64,000 bases of DNA. Source: Fastidiosipila sp. GTDB lineage: Bacteria; Bacillota; Clostridia; Saccharofermentanales; DTU023. This document shows, piece by piece, positions 27,406 to 37,676 of the stretch. Position numbers and translations under genes: made by a program. Numbering within the stretch: the stretch's first letter is position 1; every line of letters starts with the position of its first letter. The notes under the pieces were generated by a model that searched no databases, was not told the DNA's origin, and saw only the letters and a program-made list of their open reading frames with translations. The stretch is from the NCBI GenBank assembly GCA_012511175.1, contig JAAZGO010000010.1, positions 5,563 through 69,562 on the forward strand. Direction: 5' to 3'.

Positions 27406-29673
27406 ATGGAGAAGTATCCCGAATCTTTGCTGACTGAGTGGCTCAGCGATACAGGCAACTGGTTTCTTGATCCCGAAAAAGAGGCGTCAGGGCGGATGAC
27501 TCAGCTCCTTTATCCGTATAAGGCCATGTTTTCACCCCTGCAGGTCAACGGGATCACTTTGAAAAACCGCCTGGTCATGGCGCCCATGGGAAATATCTCC
27601 ATGGCGGAGGAAACGGGCCGGCCCGCCTCCTCCATGATTGCCTATTATGAAGAGCGCGCCAAAGGCGGCGCCGGCCTGATCACCTCCGGTCTGGTTCCGG
27701 TTTCGTTCGGCATTGACCCCTCCCTGACCGAACCAGGCCACCTCACCTATTTCCCAAGAATTCTGGGGAGCCGGACCTATTTTGCCGGCTGGCGTGATCT
27801 GGCCCATGTCATTCATGCCGCCGGGAGCCATTTTTTCATCCAGCTTTCAGCAGGCCTGGGCCGTGTCGGCAACCCTCAGTGCCTGGTGAATCAGCACAGA
27901 TTCCCTGTCTCTTCATCCTTTAATCCAAACTTCTATTTGCCCGGTGTTCCCTGTCTCCGCCTGCCGGGCAGAAAGCTGAAACAGATCATCCGGAATTTCG
28001 GCCAGGCCGCGGCCGACGCGAAAACAGCCACCATTGACGGTGTTTACCTGCATGGCCATGAGGGTTACCTCCTGGAGCAGATGGCCAATACTGCCTTCAA
28101 CCGGAGAAAACTGGGACCCTACGGCGACTGGCAGCGCTTTGGTCTGGAGGTGGTGCGTGAGATCCGAAAGCGGACGGGACCGGATTTTCCCATCATGTAC
28201 CGGATCGACCTGTCGCTTGCCCTGAAGGCGGTCTATGGTGAGCGGATGAGTACCGTCCGGCCGCTTCGCAAGTTTAAAAAGGAGCGCACCCTGGAGAAGT
28301 CGCTGGACTACATGAAAAATCTGGTCACGGCCGGCGTTGACCTTTTCGATGTGGATCTTGGCTGCTATGACAACTGGTGGCTGCCGCATCCCCCGTCAAC
28401 CATGAAGCCCGGCCTTTTTCTCGAGGCGGCAGCCCTGGTCAAAGAATTTTTCGAGGAGGAGCAGCTTGTTTCAAACCAGGGCCTGCCCATACCGGTCGCG
28501 GCCGTTGGAAAACTCGGCTTTCCCGACCTGGCTGAGAAAGCGCTGGCTGACGGCATGTGTGATCTGATCATGCTGGGCCGCCCGCTCCTGGCCGACCCTC
28601 AGTGGCCTAACAAGACTTACGCCGGGCGCGTCACAGACATAAGGCCTTGCATTGGCTGCCAGGAAGCCTGTGTCAATGAATTTGTTGAAGGCGGCCACCC
28701 CATGTGTGCCGTCAATCCCCGGACTTCTTTCGAATCAAGCTTGCCGGAGGTGCCTGCGCCTGCCTCCCATGTAAAGAAAATCGCTATCGTCGGAGCCGGT
28801 CCGGCAGGTTTTGAATGCGCTATGGCCGCCCTGGACCGGGGCCATGAGGTTCATCTCTTCGACAAGCAGGCCGGTGTGGGAGGCATGGTCCGTCTCGGGT
28901 CGGTTCCCGCTTTTAAGCGCGATCTTCGCAATTACCTGGAGTGGATGGAGCGGACAGCAGCAAAAGCCGCGCGTGACAAACCGCATTTTCTCTTGAGACC
29001 GGGCACGGAGGCGACTCTCCGGGTCCTGACGGAAGGACAGTATGACAGCATTGTCTGCGCGACGGGGAGCCGGGAGACAATTCCCGATGTGGAGGGGGTT
29101 GATCTGGCAGTTACCGCCAGGCAGCTTCTGGAGGATCTCTCTCTCCTTGCCGGCAGGCAGAAAATCTTTGTGGCCGGCGGCGGCAGCCTGGGCTGTGAGA
29201 TTGCTTACCTGGCGGCATCGGAATATGGCTTGAAAGTCACAGTCGCCGAGACTCTCCCCCATTTCATGCAGGGAATTTGCACCGCCAACCGTGGCCACCT
29301 GATCCATGAACTCGAAAAATACGGGGTTGAATTAATGAACTGTACCAGTCTGGAACAGATTGAGTTTGGGCGCGTGACTGTCCGCACCAACCTGTCACCA
29401 ACCGTTCCCGATCCCTACAACACCTGGGAACCGCTCCTGCCCGATAATGTTCCCAACCCTCTGGCCAGGCAGCTGAAAATGGAAATGGAAACCCGCCAGC
29501 TGGAGGCGGATCTGGTCGTGATCGCCACGGGCAGCGAATCTGACCGGGAGCTCTACCGGCTCCTGGTTGACAACTATGCGGCGCCGGAAATCCGCTTGAT
29601 CGGTGACGCAGGATCGCCCCGCATGATCACGGAGGCCGTGCGGGCAGGCTACCGCACGGGGATCAGTTTGTAA
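27406..29673 (+). CDS. NADH:flavin oxidoreductase with Fe-S and C-terminal FAD/NAD(P) domains (2,4-dienoyl-CoA reductase / enoate reductase family)
   Basis: The ATG at 27406 follows GAAGGGGAGG. The protein has an OYE-type barrel (LKNRLVMAPMGN, HGHEGYLLEQ), the Cys cluster CIGCQEAC, and then IVGAGPAGFECA and a second GGGSLGCEIA Rossmann motif. Confidence 0.85.
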   Translation: MEKYPESLLTEWLSDTGNWFLDPEKEASGRMTQLLYPYKAMFSPLQVNGITLKNRLVMAPMGNISMAEETGRPASSMIAYYEERAKGGAGLITSGLVPVSFGIDPSLTEPGHLTYFPRILGSRTYFAGWRDLAHVIHAAGSHFFIQLSAGLGRVGNPQCLVNQHRFPVSSSFNPNFYLPGVPCLRLPGRKLKQIIRNFGQAAADAKTATIDGVYLHGHEGYLLEQMANTAFNRRKLGPYGDWQRFGLEVVREIRKRTGPDFPIMYRIDLSLALKAVYGERMSTVRPLRKFKKERTLEKSLDYMKNLVTAGVDLFDVDLGCYDNWWLPHPPSTMKPGLFLEAAALVKEFFEEEQLVSNQGLPIPVAAVGKLGFPDLAEKALADGMCDLIMLGRPLLADPQWPNKTYAGRVTDIRPCIGCQEACVNEFVEGGHPMCAVNPRTSFESSLPEVPAPASHVKKIAIVGAGPAGFECAMAALDRGHEVHLFDKQAGVGGMVRLGSVPAFKRDLRNYLEWMERTAAKAARDKPHFLLRPGTEATLRVLTEGQYDSIVCATGSRETIPDVEGVDLAVTARQLLEDLSLLAGRQKIFVAGGGSLGCEIAYLAASEYGLKVTVAETLPHFMQGICTANRGHLIHELEKYGVELMNCTSLEQIEFGRVTVRTNLSPTVPDPYNTWEPLLPDNVPNPLARQLKMEMETRQLEADLVVIATGSESDRELYRLLVDNYAAPEIRLIGDAGSPRMITEAVRAGYRTGISL

Positions 29674-29685
29674 GAGGGCGGTCAG

Positions 29686-30831
29686 ATGGCTAAAAGGCAA
29701 AAACCGGATCGTCCCCTGCGCCTTGTCATGGTTGGCTGCGGCCGGGCTTCCCGGGCCCATCTCAAAGCAATCAGCTATTTTGAAAAGCGGGGTTTTTTGT
29801 CGCTGGAAGGCTTGGTCGACCGTGACCGTCTGATGATGGAGGAAGTTCTCAAAAACCGCGGACCACGCCTGCCCCAACCCCATCTTTCTCACGACGCGGA
29901 GACCCTGTTTCGAAAATTCTCTTTTGACATTGCTGTCATCGCGACTCCCCCTCCAACCCATGGTCCGATCGCCATGAGGGCACTGGAGGCCGGCCTGCAT
30001 CTGGTGATTGAAAAACCGCTGACCCTCGATCTGGACCAGGCGGACCAGCTGATTTCGGAGGCAAAAGCGCGTGAACGTATCCTGGCTGTGGGAATGAAAT
30101 ACCGCTACTTTCCCGGTGTCGGCGATATACGGGCTTTGATTCAGGGCGGTTTCCTGGGTGAGGTGCTCTATGGTGTGACCTCTGTGCGATGGGGGCATGA
30201 TCAGTCCTATTACGACCAGGCTGCCTGGTTCGGAACCTGGGAAGCGGAAGGCGGTGCCTTGATGAACCAGAGCATCCATGGACTTGATCTGATGGCATAC
30301 CTGATGGACGCACGCCCTCTTGAAGCAACTGCGGTCCTGGCACGTCAGTGCCACGACATGGAGGCCGCCGATCTTGTTTCAGGGATCCTGACACTTGAAG
30401 GCAACCGTTACCTGCTCCTGGAGGGGACCACCAACACTGACCCCGGCCGCCAGGAGGCTTCCTTCTTTCTCCGCTGTGAAAAAGGGACTGTCCGTGCAGG
30501 CTTTGCCGGGGGCCATCAGTCGGTTTCCGTCAAATTGGATCAGGGCAGGGAGCTCGCCAACAAGCTTATCCTGAAAGCAGTCTTCAGCCAAATCCACCGC
30601 GAAGGCATGGGCATTGTCAGACAAATGGGCAACCCTTATACGTTTCTTTACGCCGACCTGCTGGATGCCATCACGGAGAAAAGACCGCCGGTCGCGCCGG
30701 GTGAAGCAGGCCGCGAATCGCTTGCCAGTGCTCTGGCGCTTCTGCAGTCGGGCAAGGAGAAGCGGACCGTTACCTGCCCGCCTTCCGGCTTTCACCTCAG
30801 GGAAATGACCGGTCTTTTTGATCAGGCCTGA
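29686..30831 (+). CDS. Gfo/Idh/MocA-family oxidoreductase
   Basis: The N-terminal LRLVMVGCGRASRAHLKAI Rossmann motif and the EKPLTLDLDQADQL motif are both present. Confidence 0.8.
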   Translation: MAKRQKPDRPLRLVMVGCGRASRAHLKAISYFEKRGFLSLEGLVDRDRLMMEEVLKNRGPRLPQPHLSHDAETLFRKFSFDIAVIATPPPTHGPIAMRALEAGLHLVIEKPLTLDLDQADQLISEAKARERILAVGMKYRYFPGVGDIRALIQGGFLGEVLYGVTSVRWGHDQSYYDQAAWFGTWEAEGGALMNQSIHGLDLMAYLMDARPLEATAVLARQCHDMEAADLVSGILTLEGNRYLLLEGTTNTDPGRQEASFFLRCEKGTVRAGFAGGHQSVSVKLDQGRELANKLILKAVFSQIHREGMGIVRQMGNPYTFLYADLLDAITEKRPPVAPGEAGRESLASALALLQSGKEKRTVTCPPSGFHLREMTGLFDQA

Positions 30832-31484
30832 TCGCCAAGCTGCCTTGCCAGTTTGACCAGACTGGAGGCGCCAAGTCTTGTGGCGCCGAGATCCATGAGT
30901 ATCTTCGCGTCTTCAAGCGTCCGGATACCCCCTGATGCCTTAATACCCACCTGCGGTCCCACATGCGCCTTAAAAAGACGGATGTCATCGGCAGTTGCGC
31001 CTCCGGAACCGAAGCCGGTCGAGGTTTTAATGAAATCAGCCCCGCTGTCGGTGACGATCCGGCATAAATGGATTTTCTCCTGGCCCGTCAGTTCACAGGT
31101 CTCGACGATAACCTTTAATACAGTGTCTTCGCAGAGATCGCGGATCTGCTCAATTTCATCCTGGACAAGTTCCCAAAGACCGTCTTTGACCCAGCCAAGA
31201 TTGATGACCATGTCGATTTCATCAGCCCCGCTTTCCAGCGCATCCTCTGTCTCGAAGAGTTTGGATCCGGTCGTGTCATAGCCTGTGGGGAAACCGACAA
31301 CGGTGCAGATGGGGAGTCTGCCCCTGACATAAGAGGCTGCCTCGTAAACATAGGAGGGGGGGATGCAGGCGGAGGCGCAACCGAATTCCAAGGCCTCCTC
31401 CAGGAGCAGTTCAATTTCCTTCCAAGTCGCGGCCGGCCGCAAGAGGGTGTGGTCGGTGGCGGCCAGAATTTTTTTGACGTCCAT
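30822..31484 (-). CDS. deoC: deoxyribose-phosphate aldolase
   Basis: 220 aa. ATDHTLLRPAAT...CTVVGFPTG...IKASGGIRT is the class I aldolase DeoC signature with the Schiff-base Lys context. Confidence 0.9.
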   Translation of the reverse strand: MDVKKILAATDHTLLRPAATWKEIELLLEEALEFGCASACIPPSYVYEAASYVRGRLPICTVVGFPTGYDTTGSKLFETEDALESGADEIDMVINLGWVKDGLWELVQDEIEQIRDLCEDTVLKVIVETCELTGQEKIHLCRIVTDSGADFIKTSTGFGSGGATADDIRLFKAHVGPQVGIKASGGIRTLEDAKILMDLGATRLGASSLVKLARQLGDQA

Positions 31485-31666
31485 TTTTACCTCCCGAAAA
31501 CTCTCTTGTCTCTTTTATCAGTCTACACGTTTATGCCGCCGGATGTGCCGGATTTTCACACCTTCTTGTTACAGAACTCGCTCCAATCAAATGAAATATG
31601 GTAGATTTACGAGTGGCCTGGAGCAACATTGGAAGGAAGGACGGCTCGGATCAGAGTCCTCAACGA

Positions 31667-33418
31667 ATGACGAAAATAGAGAAAAACAAATCACTTCTGG
31701 CACGCTTTGCCTCCTACTACAAACCCTATCTTTGGCTTTTTGCGGCGGATCTTTTCTTTGCGGCCATTGAGGGTGCTGTGGGCCTCGCCTTTCCGTCCAT
31801 CATCCGCTACCTGATCAATGATATCTTTACTTTGGGCGATCAGTCCCTGATCATCCCCATCCTGCTCCGGACGGCTTTTCTGATGCTGGCACTCTACATC
31901 ATTGAGGCGGCAGCTCTTTACTTTGTCACCTCCTACGGCCATATTCTCGGCGCGCGGATCGAAACGGACATGCGCAGGGAACTCTTCACCCACATGGAGA
32001 AGCTTTCCTTTTCCTTTTTCGACAATACCAGCACGGGGAAAATGGTCTCCCGCTTGATCACGGACTTGAATGATATTACCGAGCTGGCCCACCACGGGCC
32101 GGAGAATGTCTTTATTTCTTTCTTTAAGTTGATTGGTTCCTTTGTCATTCTTGCCCTGATCCATGTGCCCATGACCCTGATCCTGATCTTCTTCACAGGG
32201 GTCATGGTCGCAGTTACCTTGGGCTACAGGAAAATGATGACCAGCGCCTTTATGGATAACCGGCGGAAAATTGCCGACGTCAATGCCATCGTTCAGGACA
32301 GCTTGTCGGGTATCCGGACTGTTCAGTCATTTTCAAGCGAAGACATTGAAATGGAGAAATTCCACCGAGGGAATGAAGCTTTTTATCGCTCAAAACGGCG
32401 CACTTACATGGTCATGGGGCGCTACCATACCCTGAACCGCTTCATGCAGGGCATGCTTTACCTGACCACCCTGATCGCCGGCGGTTTCTTCGTTGTCCGG
32501 GGCACGCTCAATCCGGCTGACGTGATCGCCTATGTGCTCTATATCAATATGTTCCTGGACCCCATCCGGACTCTGATCATGTTCAATGAACAATTTCAGC
32601 AGGGCATGACGGGATTCAAGCGGATGGTTCAGGTGCTGGATACGGAACCCGAAATCGCTGACCGCCCCGGTGCTGCAGATGCCGGAACGCTTAAGGGTGA
32701 AATCAGCTTTGAACAGGTTACTTTCCGATATGAGGATGAAAATGTACTCGATAACTTGTCGTTCTCAGTTGAAGCGGGGAAAACAGTTGCCCTGGTAGGC
32801 CCCTCAGGTGTGGGCAAGTCCACCATCTGCTCCCTCATTCCGCGTTTCTACGACGTGACTGAGGGCCGGGTCCTGGTCGACGGGATCGACGTGCGTGACT
32901 TCACCCTCGAATCGCTCCGCGACAACATCGCCGTTGTCCAGCAGGACGTCTACCTCTTCAACAGCTCGGTTCGCGACAACATCGCTTACGGCAACTGGGA
33001 CGCCACACTTGAGCAGATCAAGGAGGCGGCCAGGCGGGCCAACATCGACGACTTCATCGAGTCGTTGCCTGATGGCTACGACACTATGGTCGGCGAACGC
33101 GGTGTGCGTTTCTCCGGCGGCGAACGCCAGAGAATTTCGATCGCCCGCGCCTTTCTTCGCAACCCGCCCATCCTGATCCTGGATGAAGCCACCAGTTCAT
33201 TGGACAATATCAGTGAGCGGTACATTCAGGCGGCACTTGACGATCTGTCGCGTGACCGGACCACCCTGGTCATTGCACACAGGCTTTCAACGATCAGAAA
33301 TGCCGACGAAATCCTTGTGCTTTCTGACAAGGGGATTGCGGAGCGGGGGACCCACAGTGAACTGCTGGAAAAGGACGGCGAATATGCCTTCCTTTACCGC
33401 AGCCAGTTTGAAATATAG
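31667..33418 (+). CDS. ABC transporter ATP-binding/permease fusion (MsbA/multidrug exporter type)
   Basis: The ATG at 31667 (MTKIEKNKSLLARFASYYKPY) is the likely start. A six-TM N-terminal domain is followed by Walker A GPSGVGKST, signature FSGGERQR and Walker B ILILDEATS. Confidence 0.9.
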   Translation: MTKIEKNKSLLARFASYYKPYLWLFAADLFFAAIEGAVGLAFPSIIRYLINDIFTLGDQSLIIPILLRTAFLMLALYIIEAAALYFVTSYGHILGARIETDMRRELFTHMEKLSFSFFDNTSTGKMVSRLITDLNDITELAHHGPENVFISFFKLIGSFVILALIHVPMTLILIFFTGVMVAVTLGYRKMMTSAFMDNRRKIADVNAIVQDSLSGIRTVQSFSSEDIEMEKFHRGNEAFYRSKRRTYMVMGRYHTLNRFMQGMLYLTTLIAGGFFVVRGTLNPADVIAYVLYINMFLDPIRTLIMFNEQFQQGMTGFKRMVQVLDTEPEIADRPGAADAGTLKGEISFEQVTFRYEDENVLDNLSFSVEAGKTVALVGPSGVGKSTICSLIPRFYDVTEGRVLVDGIDVRDFTLESLRDNIAVVQQDVYLFNSSVRDNIAYGNWDATLEQIKEAARRANIDDFIESLPDGYDTMVGERGVRFSGGERQRISIARAFLRNPPILILDEATSSLDNISERYIQAALDDLSRDRTTLVIAHRLSTIRNADEILVLSDKGIAERGTHSELLEKDGEYAFLYRSQFEI

Positions 33419-33563
33419 CCGGCGAAAAGGGTCGGGCGGCCGGAAGCTGCCGGCCCCCTCTTTGGCCAACTGTCCTTGAATGCCTCATGCTGCCATGCTA
33501 AGATTTAGCTAATTCGATAAGGGAAACCAACTGCTTTCAGTTGCCCCGGGGAGCTTGTCTGGC

Positions 33564-34808
33564 ATGTCAGAAATTTTCGATATCCATTTGAAAGACGAAG
33601 GGCTTCGGCGCATTCTTTGGGCGGAGCGCCACATGCCCATTCTTGAAACCATCCGGCACCGTTTTGAAAAAGAACAACCCTTTAAGGGGATACGTGTCTC
33701 CCTCGCGGTCCACCTGGAGGCAAAAACGGCCTGCCTTGTCCGCGCCTTTCGGCGCGGCGGGGCGGAAGTTTATGTCACCGGGTCCAACCCGTATTCCACA
33801 CAGGACGCTATCTGTGCGGCCCTGGTGGCCGACGGCTGCGAGGTCAATGCCATCCATGGGGCTTCCTTCGAAAAGTACAGGGAATTCTGGAAAAAAACGT
33901 TGAGCTTGAACCCCCACATTGTCATTGATGACGGCGCTGACCTGATCAACCTGCTCATGGGCGAATGCAGTGCCTGCGCAAGTGACCTGATCGGTGCCTG
34001 TGAAGAGACGACGTCAGGAGTCCAAAGACTGCGCGCCTGGGAGCGGGAAGGAAGACTCAGTTTTCCGGTCATCGCTGTCAATGACGCTCAGTGCAAGACC
34101 TGGTTCGATAATTATTACGGAACCGGCCAGAGCACAGTCGGCGCCATCATGCGGGCGACCAACCTGATGGTTTCAGGCATGAAGGTGGTCATTGCGGGCT
34201 ATGGCTGGGTGGGTCGGGGGATCGCCCGGATGCTGGCGGCCCTTGGAGCTCACGTCATCGTGACCGAGATTGATCCCATCGCGGGACTTCTGGCGATCAT
34301 GGACGGCTTCACCCTGGTCAGGATGGATGAGGCGGCCAAACTGGGGGATCTGTTCATCACGGCGACCGCTTCGATTGACGTCATCACGCCCCGCCATTTC
34401 GAAGTAATGAAAGACCAGGCCATCCTTTGCAATGCCGGACACTTCAATCGTGAGATCGATCTGGTATCGCTTGAGGCCATGGCAACCAAGGTTGAGACGG
34501 TGAGGGAGAACATCACCGCTTATACATTGAGAGACGGCCGTGAGCTGCATGTCATCGCACATGGAGCCCTGGTCAATATCGCGGCAGCGGACGGCCACCC
34601 CGTCGAGATTATGGACATCTCTTTTTCGCTGCAAGCACTGAGCGCGGAGTATCTGATCCATCACCGCTCGATCCCGGCAGGCGTCCATGCCGTGCCGGAA
34701 GTGATCGACCGCCGGGTTGCGGATATCAAGCTTTCGACCATGGGAGCCGCGCTCGATCAGGAGACGGAGGCTCAAAAAGAGTACCGCCAAAAAGACTTGA
34801 TCGTCTGA
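33564..34808 (+). CDS. ahcY: adenosylhomocysteinase
   Basis: TGSNPYSTQDAICAAL, EETTSGV, DNYYGTGQS and GYGWVGRGIA are all present, in a ~414-aa short bacterial/archaeal-type form. Confidence 0.9.
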   Translation: MSEIFDIHLKDEGLRRILWAERHMPILETIRHRFEKEQPFKGIRVSLAVHLEAKTACLVRAFRRGGAEVYVTGSNPYSTQDAICAALVADGCEVNAIHGASFEKYREFWKKTLSLNPHIVIDDGADLINLLMGECSACASDLIGACEETTSGVQRLRAWEREGRLSFPVIAVNDAQCKTWFDNYYGTGQSTVGAIMRATNLMVSGMKVVIAGYGWVGRGIARMLAALGAHVIVTEIDPIAGLLAIMDGFTLVRMDEAAKLGDLFITATASIDVITPRHFEVMKDQAILCNAGHFNREIDLVSLEAMATKVETVRENITAYTLRDGRELHVIAHGALVNIAAADGHPVEIMDISFSLQALSAEYLIHHRSIPAGVHAVPEVIDRRVADIKLSTMGAALDQETEAQKEYRQKDLIV

Positions 34809-34834
34809 AAATAGAAAGAAAGAAGGAGGAATCT

Positions 34835-36037
34835 ATGAAAACACTGTTAAAAAAATTATTGCTGGTCCTGCTGGTGATCTCCTTGATTGCCGGTGTCGCC
34901 TGCGCACCGAAGACGGAGGAGCCTGACAAACCCCCGGCAACCGAGGGAGAAGGACCGCCTGCCACCCAGGCCCCGGAAACACCGGATACTTCCCCACCCT
35001 CAGATGATGAAGAAGGCCTCAAGATCGCTATCGTCACTACTTCAGGCGTTGACGATGGTTCCTTTGGGCAGGACTGCTACAACGGTATTCTCCAGTTCAT
35101 CGACAAGAATCCTTCCTCGACTGTCAAGACGGTCAAGGAGCCTGACAATGCCAAGGTCATGCAGGCTGTCGAAGATATCTTCGCCGATTACGACGTTCTG
35201 GTTCTGCCTGGCTTCCAGTTCGCACCTGTGGGAGTGCTGGCCATGGAAAATGAAGACATCCGTGTCATCCTGGTTGACAGCGCACCCACTGACGAGAACG
35301 GGGAGGAGCAGGAGCTCGATAACGTATACGGCATGCTGTTTTCCGAGCAGGAAAGCGGCTTCTTTGCCGGTGTTGCCGCCGCGCTTGAGACCAAGACAGG
35401 CAAAGTCGGTTCGGTGCACGGCATGGCTTTCCCGCCAGTCGTCAATTACCAGTTCGGTTTTGAGGCAGGTGTCAAGTACGCCAACAAGCATCTTGGAACA
35501 AGTGCGGAAATCATTTCCCTGCCCTCCTATGCGGGCACTGATGTCACGGGAGCCAATGTCGGAAGCAACTATGTCGGTGACTTCGCAGACGAGGCGACCG
35601 GTAAGATCATCGGCAATGAACTCTATGACCTGGGCTGTGACATCCTCTTCGTGGCTGCGGGCGCTTCAGGCAACGGCGTCTTCACGGCGGCCAAGGAGCG
35701 CAAAGACGTCTTCTGCATCGGCTGTGACGTAGACCAGTACGATGACGGCGATCGCGGCGATGGCACCAACATCATTTTGACTTCCGCGCTCAAGGTCATG
35801 CATCTGAACGTTGACCGTCAGCTCCAAGCCATTTTGGACGGGACTTTCAAGGGCAAAAATGAAGTGCTGACGGTACAGACTGACTCGACCGGCTACGTAT
35901 CCGCCCCAGGGCGCCATCAGCTGTCGGAAGACACACTGGCCAAGCTGAAAGAGGTCTATGACAAAGTGAAAGCCGGCGACATTGTCCCGCCTGGCAACTT
36001 CACCGAGCAGACCGTGGAGGATTTCCCCGGCCTGTAA
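34835..36037 (+). CDS. BMP-family (PnrA/Med-like) ABC transporter substrate-binding lipoprotein, probable nucleoside binding
   Basis: The RBS is GAAGGAGGA and the lipobox is LIAGVAC. A P/E/T-rich linker is followed by a periplasmic-binding fold with the GFQF...VDS pattern typical of BMP proteins. Confidence 0.8.
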   Translation: MKTLLKKLLLVLLVISLIAGVACAPKTEEPDKPPATEGEGPPATQAPETPDTSPPSDDEEGLKIAIVTTSGVDDGSFGQDCYNGILQFIDKNPSSTVKTVKEPDNAKVMQAVEDIFADYDVLVLPGFQFAPVGVLAMENEDIRVILVDSAPTDENGEEQELDNVYGMLFSEQESGFFAGVAAALETKTGKVGSVHGMAFPPVVNYQFGFEAGVKYANKHLGTSAEIISLPSYAGTDVTGANVGSNYVGDFADEATGKIIGNELYDLGCDILFVAAGASGNGVFTAAKERKDVFCIGCDVDQYDDGDRGDGTNIILTSALKVMHLNVDRQLQAILDGTFKGKNEVLTVQTDSTGYVSAPGRHQLSEDTLAKLKEVYDKVKAGDIVPPGNFTEQTVEDFPGL

Positions 36038-36131
36038 AAGGACAGGGATGAAACAGCAGACTGTTGACAGACCCGGAGCCCCCGCCGGGGGTCTCCGGGC
36101 CTCTTGTGGAGACAAGAAAGAGGGTTGAGCC

Positions 36132-37676
36132 ATGGGAGATGCGGCCGATCATTCCGTTGTCGTTGAACTTTTGGGAATCCGCAAGCAGTTCCCGGGCGTG
36201 CTCGCCAATGATGACATTTCACTCCAGATCCGCCAGGGCGAGATATTTGCCATCTTGGGCGAAAACGGTGCCGGAAAAACAACTCTGATGAACATCCTCT
36301 TCGGACTTTACCGGCCGGATGAAGGCAAGATCCGGATCCGGGGCCGGGAGGTGGAGTTCAGTTCGCCGCGTGACGCGACGGCACTTGGAATCGGCATGGT
36401 ACATCAGCATTTCAAACTGGTTGAAAATTACACCGTCGCTCAGAATATCATCCTGGGACTTGAGCCGCTCAAAAAATGGCTGGGACTTTTTCCCCTGGTC
36501 AACGAAAAGGCCGCCAACAAAGAAATCGCCCTGCTTTCCGACCACTACGGACTGAAGGTCGATCCCCGCCTCCCCGTCGGTGAGGCCAGCGTTTCGGTCC
36601 AGCAACGCGTTGAAATCCTCAAAATGCTATACAGAAAAGCCGATATCCTGATCCTGGACGAACCGACTGCCATGCTGGCACCCCAGGAGATTGAGCACCT
36701 GATTGAGGTCATCCATGAACTCCGGAGACATGGGAATACTGTTATCCTCATTACCCACAAACTGGATGAAATCAAGCGGCTGGCGGATCGCTGTGCGGTT
36801 CTTCGGCGCGGCAGGCTGGTCGATGTCTTTGACGTTGCGAGTACGGATACCGCCCATATGGCCGCCACCATGGTCGGCCAGTCTCTTGATTTTGAGATTA
36901 TCAAGGAAGACCGCCCTTTCGGTGAAGTCGTGCTGGAAGTGGAAAACCTGACAGTCATGAAAGAAAGAAATGTCACTGCCGTCCGCGACGTCTCCTTCTC
37001 AGTCCGTGAAGGTGAAGTGGTCGCCCTGGCCGGCGTAGCAGGCAACGGACAGGTTGAAATCGTCGAGGCCGTCTATGGGCAGATGAAAGCATCATCCGGA
37101 AGAGTCTTGCTGAAGGGCCGGGACATCACGGGTCACTCGATCAGAACCCGGATCCGTGAGGGAATTTCCTATGTCCCCGAAGACCGCCAGAGGACGGGTC
37201 TCGTCATTGATATGACGCTTTCAGAGAATTTGGCCTTAAAAACTTATGGCCAGGCCCCTTTTTCAAAAAGAAAAGTCATGAACCGCACGGCTTTCAAGCG
37301 TCATGCCAATAAGCTGATTGAAGCTTATGATATCCGAAGCGGATCAGGTGACGCGACCATTGTCCATTCCATGAGCGGCGGCAATCAGCAAAAGGCTATT
37401 GTCGCCAGGGAAATTGACCTGGGCAACCAGCTGATCATATTTGTCCAGCCGACGAGGGGCCTCGACATTGCGGCCCGCACACATATTCACCGCCAAATCA
37501 TGGAGGAACGGGCCAAAGGGCATGCTATTTTGCTCGTTTCGCTTGAGCTTGACGAAATTATGGAATTGGCCGACACCATTGGTGTCCTTTATAACGGCGT
37601 TCTGCGCAAGATTGCACCTGCCGGGGAGCTGACACTGGAGGAAGTCGGGCAATTGATGCTGGGGGTGGGAGCATGA
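36132..37676 (+). CDS. ABC transporter ATP-binding protein, duplicated ATPase (sugar/nucleoside importer type)
   Basis: 514 aa with two nucleotide-binding domains. The first has Walker A GENGAGKTT and Walker B ILILDEPT; the second has signature MSGGNQQK. Confidence 0.9.
   Translation: MGDAADHSVVVELLGIRKQFPGVLANDDISLQIRQGEIFAILGENGAGKTTLMNILFGLYRPDEGKIRIRGREVEFSSPRDATALGIGMVHQHFKLVENYTVAQNIILGLEPLKKWLGLFPLVNEKAANKEIALLSDHYGLKVDPRLPVGEASVSVQQRVEILKMLYRKADILILDEPTAMLAPQEIEHLIEVIHELRRHGNTVILITHKLDEIKRLADRCAVLRRGRLVDVFDVASTDTAHMAATMVGQSLDFEIIKEDRPFGEVVLEVENLTVMKERNVTAVRDVSFSVREGEVVALAGVAGNGQVEIVEAVYGQMKASSGRVLLKGRDITGHSIRTRIREGISYVPEDRQRTGLVIDMTLSENLALKTYGQAPFSKRKVMNRTAFKRHANKLIEAYDIRSGSGDATIVHSMSGGNQQKAIVAREIDLGNQLIIFVQPTRGLDIAARTHIHRQIMEERAKGHAILLVSLELDEIMELADTIGVLYNGVLRKIAPAGELTLEEVGQLMLGVGA

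Noticed and set aside
29395-30354. 319-aa minus-strand ORF
   Set aside because: It lies antisense to the end of the dienoyl-CoA-reductase-like gene and the Gfo/Idh/MocA gene. It has no motif and is a shadow ORF.
33419-33563. Possible SAH/SAM riboswitch in the ahcY leader
   Set aside because: I could not recognise the conserved cores of the SAH or SAM riboswitch classes by eye. Only a weak GGCCGG-aagctg-CCGGCC hairpin (33438-33455) is visible, and it more likely ends the upstream ABC exporter gene. An Infernal scan is needed.
34887-35732. 281-aa plus-strand ORF in another frame of the BMP lipoprotein gene
   Set aside because: It is an alternative-frame ORF with Ser/Arg/Pro-rich low-complexity translation. 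The BMP frame has a lipobox and an RBS.
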